Positions 10,634-21,150 of a stretch of 64,000 bases of DNA are shown here, piece by piece. The notes below the pieces were generated by a model, which had not been told where the DNA came from, did no database searches, and saw nothing but the letters and a program-made list of their open reading frames with translations. The stretch lies in sequence record NC_055780.1. One strand, written 5' to 3'. Both the position numbers and the translations under genes were made by a program. How positions within the stretch are numbered: position 1 is the first letter of the stretch; each line of letters begins with the position of its first letter. This DNA is from Escherichia phage MLF4.

Positions 10634-11753
10634 TTTTAACCTTAACTGGGTCTATTGTTTCCAGTTTCGTTGCATTAGTGAACATATATAGATGAGTTAC
10701 TGAATTATTATTAGATAATTCGTGAATAACTTCATCAACGTAAAATTCTGTTTTAAATTGGTTTTTACTATCATTAAAAATAATTTTAACGCCGGGAGTC
10801 AAGTTAAAATTACCGACAGTAGAACATTTAGCGTAACCATCATACTGCGCCATAGTCTGAAGACGAATAGCTTCTTCATATCCATTTCTATAAGTCATTT
10901 CAGAATAAGCACCTGACCTTGACACTACAATAGAGTTTTCACCCTTTCCTGTAGTAATCATTGGTAATGAAGAATCTAAAAATGAATGAGCATAGATAGT
11001 AGCATTTTTCATTGGATCGCGTTTATGAGGATTCGATTTAGTCAACCAAACGAAATCATATGCTAATGGATATTTTAATTCTTGGATGAATTGACCTATT
11101 AAAGATGGCTCACCGACAATCATTGGATACGGTTCTTGATTTATCATCATATCATAGTCCATCATGTTAACTCCCATGATGTCTTGCCACACAAATACAA
11201 ATTTGTCACTTCCTACAGCTAGAGCAACTTCTCTAACATACGACAAATAGTTTTCAAATGTGCTAGTCCATGGAATATCAGGAACATAAGCATTTATAGC
11301 ATTTATTGCTGGAGTTAATAACGTGCGATCCTGATAAATGACACCAAGCATTTCCTTTATAGATTCACCTGCATCAGAGAAAAACGGTCTGCCAAATTTA
11401 AGATTTTCTATAGAATGAATAGTTCCCAATTCAATAGCAATGATGTTATCACCCTTTGAATCTACTGACACTGAAAAATGCTTACATCCATAAATTCGTG
11501 TTTTAACATTATTAATATCGTTTGCATTAGCTACAGAAATCTGAATTATTTCATTTCCATCCATTTTTGTATGGATATTTTTAGAATCATAAAACTGCAG
11601 CATTCCTTCATTTCGGCCATAAAGAGAATCCCGCATAGTTAATGTGGTAATAGTAGCAGCTAATTCAACAAATCTATTATTACTCCAAGCGTCGTAGCTA
11701 TCAAATAATTTAACGCTGAGATTTGGATATCCTGGGCGTTGCAACATACTCAT
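10578..11753 (-). CDS. 27: baseplate hub subunit gp27
   Basis: 391 aa as in T4 gp27; synteny. Confidence 0.85.
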   Translation of the reverse strand: MSMLQRPGYPNLSVKLFDSYDAWSNNRFVELAATITTLTMRDSLYGRNEGMLQFYDSKNIHTKMDGNEIIQISVANANDINNVKTRIYGCKHFSVSVDSKGDNIIAIELGTIHSIENLKFGRPFFSDAGESIKEMLGVIYQDRTLLTPAINAINAYVPDIPWTSTFENYLSYVREVALAVGSDKFVFVWQDIMGVNMMDYDMMINQEPYPMIVGEPSLIGQFIQELKYPLAYDFVWLTKSNPHKRDPMKNATIYAHSFLDSSLPMITTGKGENSIVVSRSGAYSEMTYRNGYEEAIRLQTMAQYDGYAKCSTVGNFNLTPGVKIIFNDSKNQFKTEFYVDEVIHELSNNNSVTHLYMFTNATKLETIDPVKVKNEFKSDTTTEESSSSNKQ

Positions 11754-12502
11754 TATTGTTTATCCTTCTCAATCAGTTTTAATACGAATCCGCGCTCAGC
11801 AGGAATCATTTTCATTATTGAATTTAAGCTATAATTACTTTTTACGAGTGTGTGATTAATTTGATAAAAAGTAAATATTTCATCTGGGTTAACTAATAGC
11901 TTAAACACATCTACTATATCAGTGTATTTTTTTACATACTTATTACAACATGACATATGTAATGTTAAATTAATAGGATTCATTGCATCGAGAATTTTTT
12001 CTAATGTTTCTATCTCGATGGCATCAACAAGTTCTATTTGACTTGATTCGCTAATTTCCTTCCAATCATACCATATTTCATCTACTTGAACAGAATGAAT
12101 ATTTTCAGTAATCATCTTTGCTTTATTTTCATAAAACTCAGAAGGAAACTTTAATTTAATTTTAACATTAGCTACATCAAAAACAGGTTCCTTTAATTCT
12201 TTTTGATATATTTCAAATGGAACTGTCTTTTCTTTTTTACATTTTGGACATACAAATGTGACCGGTACTTTAGTTTTACCTATTGACCCTACAAATACCT
12301 GCAAAAATATAAATGGTTGCCAAGTCTTCGGATAGTCTCCAAAATAATCGGCAATTAAATCAGCAATTATTTCTTTTTGTTCTTGTGGTGACCGATGTTC
12401 TATATCGTTTCGAACTAACAAAAAATCTCGATAATCTTCTACCGTAAATGGTTTAAAACGATGAACACCATCTGGTAATTTACAACGAATAATGTTTGCC
12501 AT
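11753..12502 (-). CDS. 51: baseplate hub assembly catalyst gp51
   Basis: 249 aa as in T4 gp51; ATG at 12502 with AGGAG SD; late promoter upstream. Confidence 0.8.
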   Translation of the reverse strand: MANIIRCKLPDGVHRFKPFTVEDYRDFLLVRNDIEHRSPQEQKEIIADLIADYFGDYPKTWQPFIFLQVFVGSIGKTKVPVTFVCPKCKKEKTVPFEIYQKELKEPVFDVANVKIKLKFPSEFYENKAKMITENIHSVQVDEIWYDWKEISESSQIELVDAIEIETLEKILDAMNPINLTLHMSCCNKYVKKYTDIVDVFKLLVNPDEIFTFYQINHTLVKSNYSLNSIMKMIPAERGFVLKLIEKDKQ

Positions 12503-12519
12503 AGATGCTCCTTTTATTC

Positions 12520-12527
12520 TATTTATA
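12520..12527 (-). promoter_or_regulatory. late promoter TATAAATA (gene 51), overlapping the divergent gene 26 promoter
   Basis: plus-strand TATTTATA 18 nt upstream of gene 51 ATG. Confidence 0.65.
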
Positions 12528-12531
12528 AATA
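12524..12531 (+). promoter_or_regulatory. late promoter TATAAATA (gene 26)
   Basis: TATAAATA 22 nt upstream of ATG at 12553; shares 4 bp with the gene 51 promoter (TATTTATAAATA). Confidence 0.65.
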
Positions 12532-12552
12532 TGATAAATAAAGGAGCTAAAT

Positions 12553-13179
12553 ATGTATGAATACAAATTTGATGTGAGAGTTGGTTCTAAAATAATCAAC
12601 TGTCGCGCATTTACTCTTAAAGAATATCTAGAACTTATTACTGCTAAAAAGAACGGTTCAGTAGAAGAGATCGTTAAAAAACTAATTAAAGACTGTACAA
12701 ATGCAAAAGATTTAAACCGTCAAGAATCAGAACTACTGCTGATTCATTTATGGGCACATTCTCTTGGAGAAGTTAATCACGAAAACTCCTGGAAGTGCAT
12801 CTGCGGAACTGAAATACCAACCCATATAAATCTATTACATACACAAATAGATGCACCAGAAGACCTCTGGTATACACTGGGTGACATTAAAATTAAATTC
12901 CGATACCCTAAAATTTTTGATGATAAAAATATAGCCCACATGATAGTATCATGCATAGAAACGATTCATGCTAACGGGGAAAGCATTCCAGTTGAAGACT
13001 TAAATGAAAAAGAACTGGAAGATTTATATTCTATCATCACAGAGTCAGATATTGTAGCTATAAAAGATATGCTTTTAAAGCCTACTGTTTATTTGGCTGT
13101 TCCAATTAAGTGTCCAGAGTGTGGAAAAACTCACGCTCATGTAATAAGAGGACTCAAAGAATTCTTTGAGCTATTGTAA
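12553..13179 (+). CDS. 26: baseplate hub subunit gp26
   Basis: 208 aa as in T4 gp26; AAGGAG SD; divergent from gene 51. Confidence 0.8.
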   Translation: MYEYKFDVRVGSKIINCRAFTLKEYLELITAKKNGSVEEIVKKLIKDCTNAKDLNRQESELLLIHLWAHSLGEVNHENSWKCICGTEIPTHINLLHTQIDAPEDLWYTLGDIKIKFRYPKIFDDKNIAHMIVSCIETIHANGESIPVEDLNEKELEDLYSIITESDIVAIKDMLLKPTVYLAVPIKCPECGKTHAHVIRGLKEFFELL

Positions 13180-13577
13180 TGGCAAATATTAATAAGCTTT
13201 ATTCTGACATTGACCCAGAAATGAAAATGGATTGGGACAAAGACGTTTCCAGATCTCTTGGATTAAGGTCAATTAAAAATAGCCTTTTAGGAATTATTAC
13301 AACCAGGAAAGGGTCAAGGCCATTTGACCCAGAGTTTGGATGCGATTTATCTGATCAGCTTTTTGAGAATATGACTCCTCTTACTGCTGATACTGTTGAG
13401 CGTAACATTGAAAGCGCAGTAAGAAACTATGAGCCACGTATTGATAAATTAGCAGTTAATGTAATACCGGTTTATGATGATTATACTCTGATAGTAGAAA
13501 TACGCTTTTCGGTCATCGATAACCCTGATGATATTGAGCAGATAAAACTACAACTGGCTTCCAGTAATAGAGTATAA
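13179..13577 (+). CDS. 25: baseplate wedge subunit gp25
   Basis: 132 aa as in T4 gp25; start overlaps gene 26 stop. Confidence 0.85.
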   Translation: MANINKLYSDIDPEMKMDWDKDVSRSLGLRSIKNSLLGIITTRKGSRPFDPEFGCDLSDQLFENMTPLTADTVERNIESAVRNYEPRIDKLAVNVIPVYDDYTLIVEIRFSVIDNPDDIEQIKLQLASSNRV

Positions 13578-13603
13578 TGCTTCACGTATAAACGTGGTAT
13601 AAT
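13578..13603 (+). promoter_or_regulatory. MotA-dependent middle promoter (MotA box TGCTTCA + TATAAT)
   Basis: aTGCTTcA at 13578..13584, 13-nt spacer, TGGTATAAT -10 at 13598..13603; upstream of uvsY. Confidence 0.6.
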
Positions 13604-13643
13604 GAATCTAAGTCCATCCAATAACAATTGAATAGAGAACAAT

Positions 13644-14057
13644 ATGAGATTAGAAGATCTTCAAGAAGAATTGAAGAAAGATGTGTTTATAGATTCGACT
13701 AAATTACAGTATGAAGCAGCTAATAATGTGATGTTATATAGTAAATGGCTTAATAAGCATTCAAGTATTAAAAAGGAAATGCTTAGAATTGATGCACAGA
13801 AAAAAGTTGCTCTTAAAGCTAAATTAGACTACTACTCGGGACGAGGAGATGGTGATGAATTTAGTATGGATCGTTACGAGAAATCAGAAATGAAAACAGT
13901 TCTATCAGCTGATAAGGATGTTTTAAAGGTTGATACCTCGTTACAGTATTGGGGGATTTTATTGGATTTCTGTAGCGGAGCTCTTGATGCTATTAAATCA
14001 CGCGGATTTGCTATTAAGCATATTCAAGACATGCGAGCATTTGAGGCTGGAAAATAA
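13644..14057 (+). CDS. uvsY: recombination mediator UvsY
   Basis: 137 aa; matches recalled T4 UvsY (MRLEDLQEELKKDVFIDSTKLQYEAANN...). Confidence 0.9.
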   Translation: MRLEDLQEELKKDVFIDSTKLQYEAANNVMLYSKWLNKHSSIKKEMLRIDAQKKVALKAKLDYYSGRGDGDEFSMDRYEKSEMKTVLSADKDVLKVDTSLQYWGILLDFCSGALDAIKSRGFAIKHIQDMRAFEAGK

Positions 14058-14281
14058 TGAGATATAGCATTGATGATGCTTTTAATTATGAAGAAGAATT
14101 CGAAACGGAAATTCAATTCTTAATGAAAAAGCATAATCTTAAGCGTCAGGATATTCGTATCCTTGCCGACCACCCGTGTGGTGAAGATGTCCTTTATATT
14201 AAAGGAAAATTTGCTGGATATCTTGATGAATATTTTTATTCTAAAGATATGGGCATTGATATGCATATGAGAGTTGTATAA
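14057..14281 (+). CDS. uvsY.-1: hypothetical protein, uvsY.-1 position (74 aa)
   Basis: start overlaps uvsY stop (ATAATGA); conserved position. Confidence 0.6.
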   Translation: MRYSIDDAFNYEEEFETEIQFLMKKHNLKRQDIRILADHPCGEDVLYIKGKFAGYLDEYFYSKDMGIDMHMRVV

Positions 14282-14309
14282 ATAGATATATAATTCAGAG
14301 GAGACAATC

Positions 14310-14477
14310 ATGTCAGATAAGATTTGTGTTGTCTGTAAAACTCCAATCGATTCTGCATTGGTTGTTGAAACAGACAAAGGTCCTGTACATCCTGGGCCTT
14401 GTTATAATTACATTAAAGAACTACCAGTTTCAGAAAGTTCGGAAGAACAATTAAATGAAACACAACTTTTGCTATAG
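14310..14477 (+). CDS. small Cys-containing protein, uvsY.-2 position (55 aa)
   Basis: ATG at 14310 preceded by GAGGAG; CVVC...GPC; not in the ORF track (below length cut-off), read directly from sequence. Confidence 0.5.
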   Translation: MSDKICVVCKTPIDSALVVETDKGPVHPGPCYNYIKELPVSESSEEQLNETQLLL

Positions 14478-14500
14478 TGTGACCTTTAGTCTATAGTTTT

Positions 14501-14530
14501 GGCCCTTCCTTTTTGGTTGGGCCTTTTTTA
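14501..14530. terminator. hairpin terminator between convergent uvsY.-2 and uvsW.1
   Basis: GGCCC...GGGCC stem followed by TTTTTT. Confidence 0.55.
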
Positions 14531-14532
14531 AT

Positions 14533-14763
14533 TTAAAAGCTTTCTTCTACTTCATCGTCTGAATCTTCTAATTCAGCTCTTTTTCCTGCCAAAGCATCTC
14601 TCACAGAGATGTCATCAGTATCTTTTAATTCAGTTTCTTTGACTCTTTTCTTATAATAAGCTTCAAGTTCTTCTAAACCTTCTAATGTTTGACAAGAGGC
14701 AATTTTACCCATAAATTCATCAATAGAAGCTTCATAAAGAAATTGTTTAAATTCTAGTAACAT
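14533..14763 (-). CDS. uvsW.1: UvsW.1 small protein
   Basis: 76 aa from ATG at 14763 (track ORF begins 4 codons upstream at a TTG); immediately downstream of uvsW. Confidence 0.7.
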   Translation of the reverse strand: MLLEFKQFLYEASIDEFMGKIASCQTLEGLEELEAYYKKRVKETELKDTDDISVRDALAGKRAELEDSDDEVEESF

Positions 14764-14788
14764 CTTTTTCTCCAAAGGGCCGAAGCCC

Positions 14789-16300
14789 TTATAAATTAAC
14801 TGTTTTCATTACGTAATTAAATTTTTCATCTGCGTAGCGCTGAATACGATCAATGCCGTGTTTTAAAAGATAGTTCAAATGAACATATTTCTTTTTCGTA
14901 TTAGCAGATTTTGGCTTAACGCCACAATCATCTATGAGGTCCCAGACGGTTGCTATTGTCTTAGAACCATGCTTACGTAATACACGACCGATTGTTTGTA
15001 ATACAATGATTTTTGATTTAACACCGTGCGCTAAAACAACGTGATGCAGATTTTTAACTGAAATACCAGTAGAAAATACACCATAACTAGCTACTATAAT
15101 TATTCCTTTACCATTTTCAGCTAAGGTTTTCATTATATTGCGGGTTTCGGTATCAACTTCCCCTGATACGTAATAAACTTTATCGTATTCATTTTTAATT
15201 AAATCGAAAATAGCTTTACCATGTGATACATGTTTAAACATGACAAAAGCGTTTTCATCTTTTTGTGCAAGCTTAATAGCTAATTTAGCGATCCATTTAT
15301 TTCTTTTACTAAGCCCAGTAATAATTTTTATTTCTTCTTGATAAGTTTTTCCCTTTAATTTAGTAGTGAACTCATCGGGATAGCGAAGAAAAATACTATT
15401 AATTTTTAGCTCAGTTACTTGTCCATCTTCCATTAACTTAGAAGTCGTTACTGGCTTAAATATTTCGCCAAACATTCCAACATACTGCATGATATTGGCT
15501 TTGCCGTCACGTAATGAACCAGATAGACCAAATTTGAACATGCAGTTATTTAAACCTGATATGATAGATGAAATACTTTTTCCTGTAGCAAGATGACATT
15601 CATCATTCATCATCATTCCAAACTGTGAGAACCATTCTTTTGGTTGTTTTACTACAGTTTGCCATGTACCAACAACGACTGGTGCATCATTTTTATATTT
15701 ATCATCTTTTGATGCTCCGCCACCAATTTTCTTTATCATTGCGTGACTGAATAAACGATAATCAACAAAGTCATCAGCCATCTGAGTTGTCAGAGCAGTT
15801 GTTGGAACAATGATAAGAATTTTACCTTCATAATTTTCCAAATAATATCGCGCAAGCAAAGCTTGAATTAAAGATTTACCTGCAGATGTTGGAAGATTAA
15901 GAATTCTACGACGATTAACTAATCCTTCGAACACTGCATCTTTTTGATACCAGTGTGGTTCAATTCTTTTATTTCCTGAATAGATTTCTAATTTAGAAAG
16001 CCATTCATCAAAATCTTTTCTTGATAATTCTTCTTTTTCGTTAATTTGCGGGTCAATCCAGGCTTTATAGCCAAAGTTATCACAGAACTTTTTAATTTGC
16101 CCGACTAAGCCGAATGGAAGAAGACGATTATAATCTAAAAGACGGATTCGTCCATCCCAGTGGCCATATTTGTATTTCGGATTAAAACGATACCCATCAG
16201 CTTCAAAGCTAAAGAAATCACGGAGTTCATGAAATGTACTTTCTTCACAATCAATTCTCACGTGACTAAAATCATAAAAATGTACTTTAATGTCAGTCAT
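14789..16300 (-). CDS. uvsW: UvsW RNA-DNA / DNA helicase
   Basis: 503 aa; helicase motifs LNLPTSAGKS (Walker A) and DECH box; synteny with uvsY. Confidence 0.9.
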   Translation of the reverse strand: MTDIKVHFYDFSHVRIDCEESTFHELRDFFSFEADGYRFNPKYKYGHWDGRIRLLDYNRLLPFGLVGQIKKFCDNFGYKAWIDPQINEKEELSRKDFDEWLSKLEIYSGNKRIEPHWYQKDAVFEGLVNRRRILNLPTSAGKSLIQALLARYYLENYEGKILIIVPTTALTTQMADDFVDYRLFSHAMIKKIGGGASKDDKYKNDAPVVVGTWQTVVKQPKEWFSQFGMMMNDECHLATGKSISSIISGLNNCMFKFGLSGSLRDGKANIMQYVGMFGEIFKPVTTSKLMEDGQVTELKINSIFLRYPDEFTTKLKGKTYQEEIKIITGLSKRNKWIAKLAIKLAQKDENAFVMFKHVSHGKAIFDLIKNEYDKVYYVSGEVDTETRNIMKTLAENGKGIIIVASYGVFSTGISVKNLHHVVLAHGVKSKIIVLQTIGRVLRKHGSKTIATVWDLIDDCGVKPKSANTKKKYVHLNYLLKHGIDRIQRYADEKFNYVMKTVNL

Positions 16301-16329
16301 GTCTAAATACCATGTAATAAATATATCTA

Positions 16330-16337
16330 TATTTATA
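16330..16337 (-). promoter_or_regulatory. late promoter TATAAATA (uvsW)
   Basis: plus-strand TATTTATA 30 nt upstream of uvsW ATG at 16300. Confidence 0.65.
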
Positions 16338-16350
16338 CTGAGGAAATATT

Positions 16351-17031
16351 ATGATAGATAAAGATTATATTGCAGAGCTGAAGGCTCTTGATGATAATAA
16401 AGAAGCTAAAGCTAAATTAGCTGAATATGCTGAACAGTTTGGTATAAAGGTCAAAAAGAATAAATCTTTTGATAATATCGTTGTTGATATTGAAGAAGCT
16501 CTCCAGAAGCTCGCTAGTGAACCTATGCCAGAGACTGATGGGTTATCTATTAAAGACTTAATTGATGCTGCTGATGCTGCAGAGGGATTAAAATATGACG
16601 ATGAAGAAGTCAATCCAGAGGCAGCACTTCTGATTGATTCTCCGGTTAAATCTGACATTAAAATTGAAGTAGTAGAAACGGATAAAATTCCTGAAAATAC
16701 CGATGTTTTGATTGAAGATACTCCTTTTGTTGAAGAAAAATTCGAACAGGCTGTAGCTGAGATTATTGAATCTGAAAAGCCGTCTGTATTTACTCTTCCG
16801 GAAAACTTTAGTCCGAATCTTCAGCTGATTGGAAAAAATCCAGGATTCTGCACTGTTCCTTGGTGGATTTATCAATGGATCGCTGAAACTCCGGATTGGA
16901 AATCTCGTCCAACCAGTTTTGAGCATGCTTCTGCACACCAAACATTATTTAGCTTAATTTATTACATTAATCGCGATGGATCAGTTTTAATTCGTGAAAC
17001 TCGTAATTCTTCTTTCGTAACATTAAAATAA
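16351..17031 (+). CDS. inh: Inh, inhibitor of prohead protease (head protein)
   Basis: 226 aa, acidic; position between uvsW and hoc as in T4. Confidence 0.65.
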   Translation: MIDKDYIAELKALDDNKEAKAKLAEYAEQFGIKVKKNKSFDNIVVDIEEALQKLASEPMPETDGLSIKDLIDAADAAEGLKYDDEEVNPEAALLIDSPVKSDIKIEVVETDKIPENTDVLIEDTPFVEEKFEQAVAEIIESEKPSVFTLPENFSPNLQLIGKNPGFCTVPWWIYQWIAETPDWKSRPTSFEHASAHQTLFSLIYYINRDGSVLIRETRNSSFVTLK

Positions 17032-17040
17032 GGATAACTT

Positions 17041-18171
17041 ATGGCTTTTACAGTTGATATAACTCCTAAAACACCTACTGGAGTTATAGATGAGACTAAG
17101 CAGTTTACTGCTACGCCCAGTGGTCAAACTGGAGATGGACCTATTACCTATGCTTGGACTGTTGATGATGCACCGCAGGAAGAAACGTCTGCAACTTTTA
17201 GTTATGTACTAAAAGGTCCTGCTGGACAAAAGACTATTAAGGTAGTTGCAACAAATCCAGTTCCTGATTCTGAAGCTGAAACAGCTGAAATTAGTACAAC
17301 TATCACAGTTCAAAATAAGACACAGACAACTACCTTGGCAGTAACTCCTGATAGTCCTGCTGCTGGAGTGATTGGAACAGCTGTTGAATTTACCGCTGCC
17401 TTAGCTTCTCAACCATCAGGCGCATCTGCTACGTATCAATGGTATGTAGATGATTCTCAAATTGGTGGAGAAACTAACACCACATTTAGTTATACTCCTA
17501 CTACAAGTGGAGTAAAACGAATTAAATGCGTAGCCCAAGTGACGGCAACGGATTATGACGCAAAAGAAGTTACTTCGAATGAAGTATCATTAACGGTTAA
17601 TAAGAAGACAATGAATCCACAGGTTACATTGACTCCTCCTTCTATTAACGTTCAACAAGATGCTTCGGCTACATTTACTGCTAATGTCACTGATGCTCCA
17701 GAAGAAGCGCAAATTGCGTATTCATGGAAGAAAGATTCTTCTCCTGTAGAAGGGTCAACTAATGTATATACCGTTGATACCTCATCTATTGGAAGTCAAA
17801 CTATTGAAGTTACTGCAACTGTTACTGCTGCTGATTATGATAGCAAAACTATTACGGCGGAAGGTCAAGTTCAGGTAACTGATAAAGTTGCTCCAGAGCC
17901 AGAAGGTGAATTGCCTTATGTTCATCCTCTTCCACATCGTACTTCAGCTTACATCTGGTGCGGTTGGTGGGTTATGGATGAAATCCAAAAAATGACCGAA
18001 GAAGGTAAAGATTGGAAAACTGATGATCCAGATAGTAAGTACTACTTGCATCGTTACACTCTTCAGAAAATGATGAAAGATTATCCAGAAGTTGATGTTC
18101 AAGAATCGCGTAATGGATACATCATTCACAAAACTGCTTTAGAAACTGGTATCATCTATACCTATCCATAA
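17041..18171 (+). CDS. hoc: Hoc, highly immunogenic outer capsid protein
   Basis: 376 aa as in T4 Hoc; repeated Ig-like segments (TYxWxVDD...). Confidence 0.85.
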   Translation: MAFTVDITPKTPTGVIDETKQFTATPSGQTGDGPITYAWTVDDAPQEETSATFSYVLKGPAGQKTIKVVATNPVPDSEAETAEISTTITVQNKTQTTTLAVTPDSPAAGVIGTAVEFTAALASQPSGASATYQWYVDDSQIGGETNTTFSYTPTTSGVKRIKCVAQVTATDYDAKEVTSNEVSLTVNKKTMNPQVTLTPPSINVQQDASATFTANVTDAPEEAQIAYSWKKDSSPVEGSTNVYTVDTSSIGSQTIEVTATVTAADYDSKTITAEGQVQVTDKVAPEPEGELPYVHPLPHRTSAYIWCGWWVMDEIQKMTEEGKDWKTDDPDSKYYLHRYTLQKMMKDYPEVDVQESRNGYIIHKTALETGIIYTYP

Positions 18172-18175
18172 TCAT

Positions 18176-18196
18176 AAGGGGCTTCGGCCCTTTTTT
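18176..18196 (+). terminator. intrinsic terminator (GGGGC-TTCG-GCCCC + T6)
   Basis: hairpin 5 nt after hoc stop followed by TTTTTT. Confidence 0.75.
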
Positions 18197-18259
18197 CATT
18201 TTGAAAGCACACAAAACACAATCAGAAAATGGTGTATATAATGGCACCAACTCGATAAC

Positions 18260-18475
18260 ATGAGATTGATTATGAGAACTGAGGTTGTGGTGTTTACTCT
18301 TCATGAGTCTGGAAAGTCATTCATTGAAATTGCTCGTGAATTAAACTTACAGGCGAAAGAAGTGGCTGCATTATGGGCTCGAGCTATGACTGCTAAGAAT
18401 AAATTTGAAACTCGAGAAAAAGTTGTCTATAGAAAAAGACATATCAATAAAAAGGTGAAAAATGGAACAGTATGA
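18260..18475 (+). CDS. hypothetical small protein with helix-turn-helix-like segment (71 aa)
   Basis: SGKSFIEIARELNLQAKEV resembles an HTH; start codon uncertain (ATG at 18260 or 18272). Confidence 0.45.
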   Translation: MRLIMRTEVVVFTLHESGKSFIEIARELNLQAKEVAALWARAMTAKNKFETREKVVYRKRHINKKVKNGTV

Positions 18476-18740
18476 TCTTTATGAAAATGAATCTTTTGCT
18501 AATCAATTACGTGAAAAAGCATTAAAAAGTAAACAGTTTAAGCTAGAGTGTTTTATTAAAGATTTTTCAGAACTTGCTAATAAAGCAGCTGAACAAGGTA
18601 AAACATATTTTAGTTATTATTGTACTGCTCGCGATAAATTGATTACTGAAGAAATTGGTGATTGGTTGAGAAAAGAAGGATTCAGCTTTAAAGTTAATAG
18701 TGATCAGCGTGATGGTGATTGGTTAGAAATTACATTTTGA
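18462..18740 (+). CDS. hypothetical protein (92 aa)
   Basis: ATG with AAAGGTGA SD; position equivalent to the T4 24.2/24.3 small genes. Confidence 0.5.
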   Translation: MEQYDLYENESFANQLREKALKSKQFKLECFIKDFSELANKAAEQGKTYFSYYCTARDKLITEEIGDWLRKEGFSFKVNSDQRDGDWLEITF

Positions 18741-18749
18741 GGATTAATT

Positions 18750-19754
18750 ATGTTTAAAAAGTATAGCAGTCTTGAAAATCATTACAACTCTAAATTTATT
18801 GAAAAACTTTATAGCTTGGGATTGACTGGTGGGGAGTGGGTAGCTCGTGAAAAGATTCACGGCACAAATTTCTCATTGATTATTGAGCGTGATAAAGTAA
18901 CTTGCGCTAAACGCACTGGTCCTATTCTTCCTACTGAAGATTTCTTTGGGTATGAAATTATTCTAAAGAATTACGCTGATTCCATTAAAGCAGTACAAGA
19001 TATTATGGAAACTTCAGCGGTTGTATCTTATCAAGTCTTTGGCGAATTCGCTGGACCTGGCATTCAGAAGAATGTTGATTATGGTGATAAAGATTTTTAT
19101 GTATTTGACATTATTGTCACTACAGAAAGTGGTGATGTGACTTATGTCGATGATTATATGATGGAATCATTCTGTAATACATTTAAATTTAAAATGGCTC
19201 CACTTTTAGGTCGCGGTAAATTTGAAGAGCTTATTAAATTGCCAAATGATTTAGATTCTGTCGTCCAAGATTATAATTTTACAGTAGACCATGCTGGATT
19301 AGTTGATGCAAATAAATGCGTTTGGAATGCCGAAGCAAAAGGCGAAGTATTTACTGCTGAAGGATATGTATTGAAACCTTGTTATCCTTCTTGGCTGCCT
19401 AATCGCAATCGTGTGGCCATCAAATGCAAGAACTCTAAATTTAGTGAAAAGAAAAAGTCTGATAAGCCTATTAAAGTTAAAGTTGAATTGTCAGAAGCTG
19501 ATAATAAATTGGTTGGAATTTTAGCTTGTTATGTTACATTGAACCGAGTAAATAACGTTATTTCCAAAATTGGCGAAATTAGTCCAAAAGATTTTGGAAA
19601 GGTGATGGGATTAACTGTTCAAGATATTTTGGAAGAAACTTCTCGTGAAGGTATTACTCTAACCCAAGCGGATAATCCTTCTTTGGTTAAAAAGGAATTA
19701 GTTAAAATGGTACAAGATGTACTTCGTCCGGCTTGGATTGAGTTAGTGAGCTAA
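18750..19754 (+). CDS. rnlB: RNA ligase 2
   Basis: 334 aa; nucleotidyltransferase motif EKIHGTNF (K-x-H-G-x-N); matches T4 Rnl2 position and length. Confidence 0.9.
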   Translation: MFKKYSSLENHYNSKFIEKLYSLGLTGGEWVAREKIHGTNFSLIIERDKVTCAKRTGPILPTEDFFGYEIILKNYADSIKAVQDIMETSAVVSYQVFGEFAGPGIQKNVDYGDKDFYVFDIIVTTESGDVTYVDDYMMESFCNTFKFKMAPLLGRGKFEELIKLPNDLDSVVQDYNFTVDHAGLVDANKCVWNAEAKGEVFTAEGYVLKPCYPSWLPNRNRVAIKCKNSKFSEKKKSDKPIKVKVELSEADNKLVGILACYVTLNRVNNVISKIGEISPKDFGKVMGLTVQDILEETSREGITLTQADNPSLVKKELVKMVQDVLRPAWIELVS

Positions 19755-19757
19755 ATA

Positions 19758-19783
19758 AAAAGGGACCTTTCGGTCCCTTTGTT
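19758..19783. terminator. bidirectional hairpin terminator (AAAGGGACC-TTTC-GGTCCCTTT)
   Basis: perfect 9-bp stem between convergent rnlB and gene 24, T-run on both sides. Confidence 0.75.
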
Positions 19784-21067
19784 TTATTCATCAATGATAA
19801 TTTTTGGTAGCTTAACACCTAATAAAACGGACAAATCTGAACGACCCGCCATTTTATCCATGTCTCCACCATCAATTACTCTTGCTTCTTTTTCATCTTT
19901 TGCTACGGTGTAAGGATTTGCAGATAAAGCATATCTAACTAATAAACCGATAGACGGTTGTAAGCTTTCTGGATCAACCACAACTTTAAATGCACCTACA
20001 TGTTCAGGGTCATCTAAGTCGAGACCTTCTGTATACGGAGCATAGAAAATTGATCCAACAATTTCTTTTTCACCGATATTTTCTACTACGCCAACGATTA
20101 CATAATCTAATGGGCTGTTAGTATCGCAATAAAGCGGTAAACCATTAGCTAAGAACCCATAGGCATTTTGTGAAAGATACTTGTCATCTTCTGGTTTATG
20201 TTTTAACCAACCAGATGCAGCAAGAATCGCAGCGGCACGAGCAGAAGCAACACAGAACGTTGCTGTATAAGTTGATTCTTTTTGGATATGCGAAACCATT
20301 TCGCATACCATTCGGTATAATGAACGACCAGCTTCAGGTGCAGATGCATAACTCAAATCAATGAATCCAGTATCAGTAATTCCTGTAACTTTATAACGTT
20401 TTGATACTGTAATCAAAGACTGCAGAATATCTTTATTGATTTCATCTGCCATTTCAGTTGCAAGCAAATCTTCTAAGAAATTAGGAGCATCGAATCCATT
20501 TGCTTCTAAATCTTGTGCTAATTCAACCGTGATACCAGTTTTAAGTTTACGAGATTTAACTGCGGTTTGCCATTTATTAATCTGGAATCTAGCATCCGCA
20601 ATTTCACTATCAGAGCTTTCAAATTTGCTTGTTGACGCTGCGTCAGAAAATAGACGAACCTTTAAAAGAACAATTGCAATCTGAAGAGCTAATTCTAAAT
20701 CACTTTCTTCAATATCAGCAAATGGTGTATCTTCTAATACTTTATAAACGATATTATTATATTTGAATAAATCGCCTTTATTGAGAGTTAATTTAGACTC
20801 TTCTGTTAATTCTGTGATTTTTTCTCGGTCTACATATCCAGCTTCGCCAGCATAAGTAGCACCAGTTTTAAATGTAAATTCGTTGTCTGGGTTAAGGTAT
20901 TTGATACCATAAAAAGCAGCAACAGGTTGATTAGTTCTTTGCGTTGCTACAATGTCAGAATATATTAATTTAGTGGTAGCGCGAGTCAAAGCAACGAGAT
21001 TTGGGCGACCGATTGAGTTGCTATTCGTTGTGGTTGATTCGCGCAGAAGTTCGTTGATTTTAGCCAT
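19784..21067 (-). CDS. 24: capsid vertex protein gp24
   Basis: 427 aa as in T4 gp24; paralogous to gp23 fold region; late promoter upstream. Confidence 0.9.
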   Translation of the reverse strand: MAKINELLRESTTTNSNSIGRPNLVALTRATTKLIYSDIVATQRTNQPVAAFYGIKYLNPDNEFTFKTGATYAGEAGYVDREKITELTEESKLTLNKGDLFKYNNIVYKVLEDTPFADIEESDLELALQIAIVLLKVRLFSDAASTSKFESSDSEIADARFQINKWQTAVKSRKLKTGITVELAQDLEANGFDAPNFLEDLLATEMADEINKDILQSLITVSKRYKVTGITDTGFIDLSYASAPEAGRSLYRMVCEMVSHIQKESTYTATFCVASARAAAILAASGWLKHKPEDDKYLSQNAYGFLANGLPLYCDTNSPLDYVIVGVVENIGEKEIVGSIFYAPYTEGLDLDDPEHVGAFKVVVDPESLQPSIGLLVRYALSANPYTVAKDEKEARVIDGGDMDKMAGRSDLSVLLGVKLPKIIIDE

Positions 21068-21094
21068 TGCGCTTTCCTTTTGGTTTATATGATT

Positions 21095-21102
21095 TATTTA
21101 TA
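21095..21102 (-). promoter_or_regulatory. late promoter TATAAATA (gene 24)
   Basis: plus-strand TATTTATA 28 nt upstream of ATG at 21067. Confidence 0.7.
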
Positions 21103-21117
21103 CCATAAAAACAACTA

Positions 21118-21138
21118 AAGGGACCCGAAGGTCCCTTA
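21118..21138 (-). terminator. intrinsic terminator after gene 23 (AAGGGACC-CGAA-GGTCCCTT + U-run)
   Basis: hairpin 13 nt downstream of gp23 stop, followed on the minus strand by TAGTTGTTTTT. Confidence 0.75.
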
Positions 21139-21150
21139 AATCGTCAAAGA

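Noticed and set aside
17041-18171. Internally repetitive DNA in hoc
   Set aside because: Reflects the tandem Ig-like domains of Hoc; repeats are diverged protein-coding duplications, not mobile or regulatory repeats.
18201-18242. Sigma-70-like promoter (TTGAAA ... TGTATATAAT) upstream of ORF 18260
   Set aside because: Spacing between the -35-like and -10-like elements is about 30 nt, far from the 17-nt optimum, and no MotA box is present; left uncalled.
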